From the NCBI GenBank assembly GCA_030704615.1, contig CM060731.1, forward strand, positions 26,102,001-26,166,000: a DNA stretch of 64,000 nt, written 5' to 3'. The DNA comes from Takakia lepidozioides. Its lineage: Eukaryota > Plantae > Bryophyta. Below are positions 11,017 through 22,700 of the stretch, one piece after another (position 1 is the stretch's first letter; every line of letters starts with the position of its first letter). The translations under genes and the position numbers were made by a program. Under the pieces are notes generated by a model. That model was not told the origin of the DNA. It did no database searches and was given only the letters and a program-made list of their open reading frames with translations.

Positions 11017-14000
11017 ATGGCGATCAGCTGCAGCATGCAGATGTCTAGGATGGTTATTTTCCCCACGCAGAATGCAGCTTCGGCAGCAGCGTTTCAGCGA
11101 ATCAGCTCCGTGGCATTTGCTCCAGTATCGTCGGAGGTTCTTGGAGGCCAACGCCTCCACAGCTCCATGTTGCCAGGCTCTCTATCGCTGAAAAGCAGCG
11201 TTAGGTCAGTTGGGAGTAAGGCTGGGGTTTCATCTAATAACAAGGTCGGACAGGCTGTGGCCTCCGTGAATGGAACCGGAGCCATCCCAGGGCTGCCTAT
11301 CGATCTGCGCGGTTCTATTCCTCACTATGTTTTTTGCATTTCCTTAGTCTCTCTAATTCCTTGTGCTCAGATGCCATGCAATGGCTGGATTAGGACTTGC
11401 ATGCCTCTGTTGTGGCTGTGTTTGTTATTGCATTTTCAGCGGATTTTTGATCGTGTTGTTCTCTCTCGTTCTGTTTTAGTTATTGCTATCTCCCTTACCT
11501 CGTACCATTTCAGCATGCAGGAAAACTGTTTCTTCTTCTCATGCGTTTTGTCTGATTTCCTTTGTGTTTGGCTCTTACATGGCTCGGGTTCGGATGTAAC
11601 TCTTCAGGATTTTTATGATTTTTCGATGTAATTTATTGTTACACATTTTCCATGGGATCTGGTTCGTTTCCTGTCAGGATCCTGCGTACTATAGTAATTC
11701 TGCCTGTCTGTCCTCCTGCTATCTAACTTTACGGGTGATGGTTTGCATTGCTGTATTTCAGGTAAGAGGGCCTTCATCGCTGGAATTGCTGACGATCAAG
11801 GCTTTGGTTGGGCGATTGCCAAGGCTCTCTCAGCTGCTGGTGCTGAAATTCTTGTTGGCACATGGGTTCCAGTATGTCTTGTCATTTCCACATTATCTTG
11901 CACTTCCATTCTAGCTATGATAAACTAAGTGCAAGAAGTTCTCATCTACTTGAAGAGGACCGCATGGCGCTCCTTGTGACCAGCTTCTGTTATCTGTTAA
12001 CTTATAAGTCCATTTGGACTTGGTCCTTAGTAGTTAAGTATGACATATCCATCGTCTATGGCAAACAATTGCCTTCATGATAGCGGCCTTTCCTTTGAGC
12101 TGTTGTGCATGAAGAATGTCATATGTGTGGTGCTGTCATCATGCAAGAAAGAAAGGTGATATTGCTACCTAACAAGGTGTTTTTCTCAGGCCCTCAACAT
12201 ATTTGAAAGCAGTTTGAGAAGAGGCAAATTTGATGAGTCAAGAAAGTAAGTGCCAGGCAGATAGCAATGCCCTTTATCAAGTTTTGGCCTCATTGCAAAA
12301 ATAGCAGACAGTACCATCCAGTAATGCCGTTATTGTTCAAATGATTTCACAAAACAATAAATCAACATGCTTTGGTTTCTGTATCAGAGCATACTTGTCA
12401 ACCTATTACTTAGCCTTCCCTTAAGATTGGGGAATATGGCTCCCGTGAGCCAAGCTGCTGAAGCTGTTTTTCCTTGTGGAATGCTGCAGGCTGCCTAATG
12501 GAGGGTTGCTCGAGATTGCCAAAGTGTATGCTCTGGATGCTGTCTTCGACACCCCAGAAGATGTTCCTGAGGATGTGGGTTAGATGCACTCATCTCAAAT
12601 GCTAATTTGATTTATAAGAACCTTACATAGGCTTCTGCGGAAATCATACAAGTTTCTTACTTTTAAAAACGGTAGGAAATAGAAATAGAGACCTACATGG
12701 ATGCACCAAAGGAAGTGGAAACTGTTCAACTGCATTTCATTCCATTGCACGCCACAAGTCTGTACAGAAACATGTTTGGTAATGTTTTAGGTTTTATTGT
12801 TCACAATTCTCACATTCAGTTGGATTGGAATGTGATGCAGATCAAGAACAATAAGAGATATGCTGGGGCTTCCAACTGGACTGTGCAGGTATTTTGTGCT
12901 TGAAAGTCCCAGTGTATCATGAAACAAGTTGGGCTGCTTCAACCTACCCTTGCTGAAGTAGGACCTGTTAGGATAGGTTAACATGCCCTACACCAATGTT
13001 GACTAATCTTAAACCGTATGAATTATGTGTTCACAATGATGCGCACTGTGCAGGAAGTAGCAGAAGCTGTGAAGGCTGACTATGGCAGCATTGACATTCT
13101 GGTGCACTCACTTGCAAATGGCCCAGAGGTATGATTCTCGAGGAATATACAGGGATACAGTCAAGATCTTGCTAAAGACAGTAGGAATCTTGAAAGTCTA
13201 GCATTCATTCACAGATGTGCAACTTCACCTGTGTGCGGTTAAAATTGGTTCTTTGTAGATGCAACAACTGATGGATGAATCTTTTTAGCCAGGTTCATGC
13301 TATTGTCTTCTCCTTTAAGGATCGCCCATAAGTGATGTTGGCAAAACCCTTGTCCTCTTTCTTCCCTGCTGGTTACAGGGGATGGAGATGTTGAACAACC
13401 TCAACAATGCAGTTGTCCTTAAACTGCTCTCATACTCTGAGCTGATAGTTATTGACATTTGGATGAGAGGTGGCAGGTGACAAAGCCGCTTCTGGACACC
13501 TCACGAAGGGGATACTTAGCAGCTATCTCTGCCTCGAGCTACTCCTATGTATCACTTCTTAAGTATTTTTCTCCAATTATCAACCCAGGTAAATGAAAGA
13601 CTTTCCTCTCCGATCAGGAGACAGATGAATCCTGAAGAGCTCAAATAATAAAGACGGAATATGTTTTCTGTTATCTACTTCCATGCGACTATTCAATTGT
13701 GTAAATGGTTTACCTTCCAAAAAGGTGGCTATTTGAATTTTACATATACGTCTCCAACTTTTGAAGTTCTCTCGTAGTGGCCTTTATGCCTCTCCATATG
13801 CTGACTGTATGCAAGTGGGAAGTGGCAAAGTGGCTTCTTTTTTCTGATTGTCTTCTGATGTAATGTGCATGTGTATGGAACAGGTGGCTCCTCAATCTCT
13901 CTGACATATTTGGCATCCGAGAGAATCATCCCTGGGTAAGATCAGCAAGCAAATTTAGCTTGCGCTTTGTGCTTGTCGTGCAAGTATAGTGTCACTCTTG

Positions 14001-15339
14001 GCATGTCTGTCTAATGCTTTTCTACACTTGTTGTGCAAAGTATGGTTCTTCTTGTCTGCCTTTGGCATGTGTCCCTGGTAATTTGTAAAGGATTCTGTCT
14101 TGAATTTCTGAAGGACTCCCATTTCTCGGAGCTCGACTTTGCAACTAGTACTAAAGCAAGGACCTGTGCAGATACGGTGGAGGGATGAGCTCCGCAAAGG
14201 CAGCGCTGGAGAGTGACACCAGGGTAAAGCAATTTGGAACTGTATTCAAAGTGTCATTTTGATAGCCTACATATTTGTACACTTTGGGTGTGCTGGGGAA
14301 GTTTGATTATGAAATGTGTTTGTCAGTCATGTTACATGACATCTGCCTGCTTGGTCTATGGCAGGTGCTCTCTTTTGAAGCAGGAAGAAAGCATGGCATT
14401 CGGGTGAACACTATCTCTGCAGGTGACTGCACTTCTACTGATATTTTGATGGCTTGTCTCAAAAGTAATCTCGTTGTTCAATACGTTATCTGTGCAGAGG
14501 TTCGCCAAGTACAAATTTTTATTTGTTGCAGTTTTTGTGAGCACTATTCCCATTTGTCTAATTTGTAAGATACTTAAAGGCCCCAGTCAACTATGACCTT
14601 GGTTTGTTTAGTAGATCTTACTGGAACGGTTGATGTTTCTATCGTTTAGTCTTTAGTTACCTCTCAAATGTGAGTTCAGAGATTACGGGCTCTCACATTG
14701 GTATATGTTAGTGTCCTCAAATGGTTGTCTACTGGGACATGATACATGCAGGACCACTGAGAAGTAGGGCGGCCAAAGCTATTGGCTTCATTGATGACAT
14801 GATTAACTACTCTACTGCTAATGCACCATTGCAAAAGGAGCTCGAGGCTGGTGAGTTTACCATGTAGTTTCAGGTTTCATGACTCTCTCTACCTCACAAT
14901 GCCACTACTAGAGTCACAACCTGACTAGGAAGCAGAAATATCTCAATTTGCTGCAGTGAAAAATTCGAAGTTGGAGTGTACATAGTCTGCTCATTGCCAA
15001 AAACCTCCTGATGAATGGGTGAAACTCTGACAGCAACCAGCAAGTAACATGATTTTGGAAGTATATGGCCTGGCCCCATCACCATATGAAAGCGAGCCAA
15101 TGCCAATTTAGTAGTGCAGATTGGATCTCGTGGCAATCAAGGTTTTTGAATCGAGTGGGTTTGTTGCAGATGATGTTGGTAGCGCTGCTGCTTTCCTGGC
15201 TTCACCACTAGCCTCATCGATCACTGGAACTGTACTCTATGTCGACAATGGGCTGCATGCCATGGGTCTAGCAGTGGATAGTCCCTGCGTTTCCAAAGTG
15301 GCATCACCACCCACTGAGAAGAGCAGCATCCCTGCTTGA
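11017..15339 (+). CDS. MOD1: Plastid enoyl-[acyl-carrier-protein] reductase (FabI-type), 12 exons
   Basis: Transit peptide, then [55 protein letters not shown] and [15 protein letters not shown] exons: 11017-11311, 11762-11871, 12190-12245, 12490-12574, 12841-12888, 13054-13128, 13477-13588, 13884-13935, 14172-14223, 14365-14422, 14752-14850, 15170-15339. Confidence 0.96.
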
Positions 15340-16765
15340 TTTACCACCTTCCTCTCCCTTAGATTCCTTTAGGGAAGAGAAACCACTATCATACTGTTGT
15401 CTTCCCTTCTGAGATTTTGGTCAGATTCTATGGCCTCCATGGCGGACTAGAATTAGAGACAATGCTCCATTCCTAGGACAAGAAAGTAGGAAGCTTATTT
15501 ACCTACAGAGTTCCAAGCTTGTGCACATGAGGTTGGAGCTGCTTTGTCTGCTCCTTCCACTGTCATTTGATTCACTATAGGAAGTTGTGAGTGACTGAGA
15601 AAGAGTATAATTGCTCACTTTTAAGGAACATTTTATACTCTCCTCTTTTGTGTGCTTCTGCTACAGCGTGAAGACAGCCGACAAATGGGGCATTATTAAA
15701 AGGACTAGCCTGCCTATAAGAGGTGTGACATTAAACCGACGTGAAGTAGATTCTAACTACACCTCAGGTGAACCTTTTTCTCATATTCATAACAAGTTTG
15801 TTCTCAGTCTGTTCTAGGCGCCGTGCTGGCTTGCATGCTGTCATTTGGGGTTGTGGGTTTCTGTCGGAGTCAACCGATGCAGGGCAGTGATTTCCTCCTG
15901 TGTGGACTGGGAGGTAGCAGGAGGGGATGTCAGTTCTAGCTGTGAAAGGCTTGGAGAGGACTAGCCGGATTAGACTTGGTGAAAGGCTTTGTTGAAGACA
16001 AAAAGGGGGCACACCTTGAAGCCACCTTTTGCCCTACCAAATTATGTACAAGATGGAAGTCATAATTTGTACACGTTAAGTGTGGAAATAGTATCCCACT
16101 GATCATGCAATCCTCCCAAGTGTTTCTCTGTCCAAGTATTTCTCTCTTGTTGATCTTGTTCATCTCTGCAATGCTTTGGTATGTCCACAGTTCCAAGTGT
16201 ACTCATTTGTGGTTAGAAATATTGAAGTTCATCAATTCTTCCAAAATCTCCACAAAAGCAGTGCTCTTGTTGGTGGTACACTGGCAATGTTGTGAAGCTG
16301 GACTGGACTGGTCCTTCATAGATTCATTGATACTAATGAAATTATCAACTAGGTACTAAACAAGGGGGACAAGCACTTAAACTTCCCAAGAAAATTGATG
16401 CGATTACTGTAATTGCTATGAACTATGAACTATGAACCATGAACTAAAAGATTGATGAGGAGCTGTGGGCCCATAGATGGGGCTTCAAACATGAAAGGAA
16501 AAGGGTTTCAGAAACCCCGGAAAACCTAGAAACTAGTACAAGAATAGGTAGTGACTTGACTTGACTCTCAAGACAATTATAACAATGGAGTCTGAGAAAG
16601 AGGAGCTTTTCCCGATCTATGAGCTGAGACTGGTGATGGCGGAAGATCCCTTAGTGCCCTCAGTGGTCAGCATGGACGAGGTGGAGGCTGTTCAGCTTGC
16701 AGGGAGGATGATGCACGCAGGAGAAGGTAGAGCAGTGGACCATCTTGGTACAAGCTACTGAATCT

Positions 16766-19700
16766 ATGGAGGAAGAAGGGGTTGGGAGGAGGGATTGGGA
16801 GGCGGTGCGAGTAGTCTTGGAGGCCTCTCCATTGGAAGGGCTACCTATTCCTCCGTGCAGGCTTCAGTCCATAGCTCTTGGTAAGAGAGGGGATTCTGGG
16901 TCGACTTTGCTTTACCTTGGCACTGACAATGGCCATCTTCTACTTTACTCTTTGTCTCCTCAATCAGTATCCCCTTCCCGTCTACCGTCCCATGCAGTTG
17001 GGAGCTCTCCCTCTCTGCCTCCTTCTGCGACGATCGTGTCCTCTCCTGGAACCCACTTTCATAAACCACAAGGTGTGTCTTCCGTTCGTTCGATCTCCCG
17101 ATCACCATATACAGACCCTCTCAAATCGACGGGGTCTTTTAGTTTCTTGAATGGGTCTACCTCCGCGGTCAATTTAATACCGGCTCAAGCACACCCGTCT
17201 GTACTTATTTCTTCTGTCTCTGGTGTCCCTAGCCCTCCACCAAGGCCTCCAAGGTCATCCTCACCATCCTCTGCGTCGTCGCCACCTTCATTGTCAGACA
17301 GTGAAACAGGAACCAACATTAATGCATCAAATAACCCTATGCTCTCTCAATCTCTGGGTCCCGCCTCTCCCATGCTGTCGGGGTCTTTAATAGATTCAGG
17401 ATCTGCTGGTTCAGCTGGAGGCCTTGAGACCCAAATGGTGTTTTCAAAGCGGAGAATTATGGGGAAAACTGCAATAGAGGCGCTGTGTCCTCTCCAAGGA
17501 GCTGGCCGGATTGCGGTATTATTTGATGGGCATATCACTTTGTTGGACATGCAAACTTTAGGGTCCCTTGAGCGGCTGTCGGGGACTAAGGGAGCATCAG
17601 CTATGGTACACGCAATTTATTTCACAAATGCTAGTTCTTCTCTTGAATTAGTGGGTGCTTCAGCTAGAGAAGCCCCAGTACAACCAAACAAGGAAGATGA
17701 GTCAGATAAAGGACATGTGGTACATGCAGACATGCCATTTGGGCAAGGAAAATCGTTAGGAAAGATGGGGGGTCTTGGAGGTTTCATTGGAAGGGGGGGT
17801 GCATCAAACGACTCTTCCAAGGGAAGTGGAGCAAGTGGCATTGTGGGGAAATTGGGGGAGGCTTTCAGCAGGCGGGGAGTTCAGGTTGATGATTTGGGTA
17901 GAATCAGAGACTTGAGCAGAGTTTCTGTAGGGCAGGGAGAAGCGCAAGGTCAACTGGCAATTGCAGTGCGAAAGAAGCTGTTGCTATATGAGGTGCGCAC
18001 AGTGGAGCTCCCCCGGGAGGAGAGAACCGCAAAGAGGGAGAGACGAGCTAGCCTTGGGTGGGATGAGTCTGTTGCAGTGTCTGCAGTAAAAGTGAGAGAG
18101 ATTGTGGGTGTGGAGGGAGTAGTGACCATGGCTTGGCTTGGGAATGTGATCATAGCGGGGACACTGCAGGAGTACGTACTTTTCTCTTTGAGCAGTGGGC
18201 AAGCTACGCACCTCTTTTCCCTTCCCCAAGATCTGTCATGGCCACCCCTCTTAAAACCTTTTCCGAAAGACTTGGAGACTCTACTTTTGATTGACAATGT
18301 GGGCATTTTCGTGAACACAGAAGGACATCCTGTTGGTGGGAGTTTACTGTTTAGTACTGTACCTGATGCAATTGGACAAACTGCTCTCTATGTAGTTGTA
18401 GTGAAGCAGGGGCTGGTTGAGCTCTATCACCGAAAGACGAGGGCCAAAACCCAGTCCCTTGATTTCACAGAGGCTGGGAAAGCACGGTGTCTGGTGGCAG
18501 ATAATGATGATGGCTCATTTGTTGTTGTTGCTAGTGCTTCCAAGGTTGGTCCTCTCCATTTGAGCCCCTCTTACACCTCCATTTAATAAAAACATAGGGA
18601 AAAACTCAAATCCGTCAAGTTGTTGTTTTCTGGGAAATCACGCAGATCATGTCAAGGTGGGTCTCTGTTATCAGGTGAATTCAAATGGGAAGACAATAAG
18701 ATCCGTAACAAGACTCATATGTTACAAAGAATGTCTGAGATATTAGATGCAAATTGGCTAAAAGAGACCCAGTTGTTGGAGATCCATTATTCTTCCCAGT
18801 TAGGGAGAGCTCTCTGTAGTTACCACCTGAAGGTTGAAAGGCATGTCACTTGACATCCTTGCTAGCTCTAACCAAAGATAGCAATTGCATGCAGGTTTGG
18901 TGTCTGCAGCAAGTGCCACTTGATGAGCAGGTTCGAGAGCTTTTGAAGCAAAGGCAGTTCGATGAAGCTGTGCGGCTGGCAACTGAGGATGTGGAAGATG
19001 GAGGGGGTGCGATTGCTAAGGAAAGACTGGCTACAGTACATATTGAGGCAGGGTTTCTCTTGTTGTTTGATCTACGCTTCGAGGAAGCAATAGACCATTT
19101 TTTACGGTCTGATGTGTTGCAACCATCAGAGCTTTTTCCGTTCTTCCCCTCCTTCACATCGCGATGGCGTACTTTGGTATGATTTTGGAGAGACCAGTGG
19201 CAGTGTTTTACTTGTTTCCGCTTGAGTTTCATGTAATGTTGTAAATTGTATTGGCCTTGACATTACCTGCCAGTTCAGATTAGACCTAAAATTTTGGTGA
19301 GTGTTACCAACTTTGCAACCCTCAAATTTATTCTCGCCTTCATATTCACATGACCTACCTTGGTGCTCTCTCTCAAGTGATATACGTGGGTTGGGTTGAT
19401 GGCAGCACTCCCCCTCTAGCGTCCAATCTGACATATGTGAACACAACTACAACAGTCACATTGTTGAGCGAAAGGCAGAGATAAAGAAAGAAAGAATCTA
19501 TCACATCTGTGGGAGGCCCAAACGTTGGCACAGTGCCTCCAGAACAATGAACCTCCATATCCGGTTTCCCAGGGTATTTGGCACCAAACCAAACTTGCCT
19601 TGGTGCTCATGCATAGGCTACAAGAATCAGGCAATGGACTATCAAGGTATGGACTGGAATTCCGGTTCTACTAGAAAGCACCAGTGAATTTGTGTTGTTG

Positions 19701-22700
19701 TTGGTTGTAGGTGCCTCGGAAGCGGTACTGGGGATTGCATCCACCCCCACAGCCAATACAGACAGTTATAGAGAGTGGTTTGTTGGCCATGCAAAATGGA
19801 TTGCTAGTCCTGGCTAGTGATGGGATGGCGAGCCCAGACATGCTGGTTCCAGGGACATTTCATAAAAACGCTCTTGCCGACAGCTATCTTTCTTTGGCGA
19901 TGCACAATTTTGCTCGGTCTGTTCTTACCCACCATTTAAATCATGAAAGGAAGTTTCTCATCTAATGCAATTCTTCATGACTCTATTCTGCTGGAGCCAC
20001 AGCTCGTCAATAATGTTCGAGCCAGCAATGGAGATGGACCCTGTGTTTGCCTGTTTGCTACCATTAGGACAAACCTGAGGGGAATATCTGTTGCATCAGG
20101 TACCTGTGGATGTCTCGCAATAAGGAGGTGAAGCAAGCTGTGAAGGAGGGGATGGACACGCTGCTTCTGAAGCTTTACAGTGCACTGGGTGCTACCCAGG
20201 AGTTGGAACAGCTTGTAGCCTCCTCCAACTGCTGCGTCCTTGTAAGCTCAGTGTCTCTGGTTCTGTAAGGTAGAGAAAGAAAGTACTCATAAGACGTTGT
20301 TTGCCATAGCGTGTGGCTGATCCCACGCCCAGTTTTGGCAGAACAGACAGTACCTTTGTGAGGGGAGAAAGAGAGAATGTACTCATAAGTCGTTGAGGGG
20401 AGAGAGAAAGAGAGAGAGAGAGAATGTACTCATAAGATGTTGTTTGCCGTAGCCTTGTGGCCATTGACCCCGCGCCCAGTTTGAGCGGAACACAAAGGGA
20501 CAGACCTACTTTTGTCAGGGGCTGACGCCGGTAGTAAGACTGACCTTGGAATAAACAATTGATCTGGGTTTTCCTGATATCCTCTAGAAATCCCTTTACA
20601 CAAGCATCAAGCTGCTGTGTGTGGTTTCCCCAATAACCAGGCCCCAAAAGGGCCTGGGCTTTTGGCTCAGCCTCGAGACTTTCAAAGTTGGTAAACAGAG
20701 GTACAGGCACAATTCCCTTGATGGATTTGAAGAGAACGTCTCTCTGGTGAGAGAACCCGGACAATGAATCAGAAAATATATATGGTCTTCAGGTTGCCCA
20801 CACAACGGGCAATTGCACTCTCCCTTTTGTGTCTGCTTCTGTTTTCTGTTCAAAGGTAGGCTTCCCGCCCTGAGTTTAAATTTCAGTCTAGTGCCGAGAG
20901 TGGGTAGACCCTTGAGGTCTGGGAGAGAGAGAGATTGTACTCATAAGACGTTGTTTGCCGTAGCCTTGTGGCCATTGACCCCGCGCCCAGTTTGAGCGGG
21001 AACAAAAGGCACAGAACCTACCTCTGTCAGGGGCTGACGTTGGTAGTAAGACTTACCTTCATATATAGAATTAATCTGGGTTTTCCAGATATCCTCTAGA
21101 CATCCCTTCACACAAGCATCAATCTGCTGTGTGTGATTTGCCCAAAAACTAGGCCTCAGGAGGGCCTGGGCTTTTGGCTCAGCCTCGAGACTTTCAAAGG
21201 TGGTAAACAGGGGTACAGGCACAATTTCCTTGATAGATTTGAAGAGAACGTCTCTTTGGTGAGAGAACCCTGGACAGTGTATCAGAAAATGAATACTGTC
21301 TTCAGATTGCCCACACAACGGGCAATTGCACTCTCCCTTTCCTCTCTGCTTCTGTTTGCTGTTCAAAGGTAGGCTTCCTGCCCTGAGTTTAAATTTCAGT
21401 CTAGTGCCGAGAGTGGGTAGACCCTTGAGGTCATCCAAGATGTCCTCCCCCATGTCACTGACTGGAAACAAGTTCAGGGAAGTTTTCTGCCTAACTTCAT
21501 TTTCATCAGACAATCTCATGGCAACAGACATGGCTGAGGACACTACAGCCTCTAAGTCAGATTTATCCAGCAGGGTCAAGACTTGCGGATCCAGGTCCAG
21601 GTCCTTGAGGATCTCTTCTACTCTCTTCTGCCAGGACTTAGCCTGTTTGACAGGGCGGTCCTGTTTCCAAGATATAGAGTCGATTAACTTAGGATATCTG
21701 GTGTTGGGCATATGTTGCAGCTGACCCCACCATCTGACCTTGAATTCATCTCGTCGGGAGCTTAAGGACGGAATGCCAAACTCACCCCGAACAGCCACAT
21801 TGGCTGTTTTGGAGCATGCTGACATACACTCCTTAAGCACCCCCACTTGAATGGATTCTAGAGACTTAGCCTGGTTGGAGTTATCAACCCATATTGCAGA
21901 TCCGTACTCCAAGGCAGGTCTAATAACGCGACAAAGCATGGTTTTCTTAACCTCAGAGTTGACCCCTCTGCAGTGGAAAAATTTAGTGAGCCCCAGAGCT
22001 TTGCCCTTGCCAGTTTGAACAACTTTCCGGATATGTGCATCCCAATTACAATTGGAGGAGAACTCAACGCCCAGGTAAGTGTAGGAAGGGAGGACCGGGA
22101 TCTCTTGACTACCCCACTGCCACTTAAGATCACTTCCTCCCTCTCCTCTGTCGTTGAATGCTACCACTGCACATTTGCTGACATTAGCCTCTAGCCCCCA
22201 AAGATCAAAGTATCTCTTCGCGCAATCAATCAACTCCTGGAGATTGGTTGGAGTCTCCCCTATGCCTGCGAAGTCATCCGCAAACATAAGGGCTGGTATG
22301 GTGGTATCACCCACCCTTAACCCAAATCCCTCACTTTCCACATCCTCGAGGAGTTGATTGATGAAAACATTGAAGAGCAGAGGGGAGAGAGTACATCCTT
22401 GAGCTACACCTTGGTCTATGTCAAAGAAGTTGGACTTCTGTCCGTTAACAGTGACACAGCTTGTGGTGTGAGCATACAAGTTGTGGACAACTCTCCACAT
22501 CTTTCCCTTGATCCCACAAGACCAGAGGCGGAACCATAGGCCATCTCTCCACACTGTGTCATAAGCCTTTTTGACATCCAGGAAAAAGACATAAGTGGGT
22601 TTCCCTTCTTTTTTCCTTCCCTGGATAATCTGGCTTAGAGTGAAGATATGATCCACACAGCCCCTGTTTCGCCGAAAGCCAGCTTGGCCTTCGTGGAAAC

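Noticed and set aside
16950-17440. Ser/Pro-rich insertion in the VPS3 CNH domain as a separate element
   Set aside because: It is in frame with no repeat boundaries and is most simply a disordered loop expansion.
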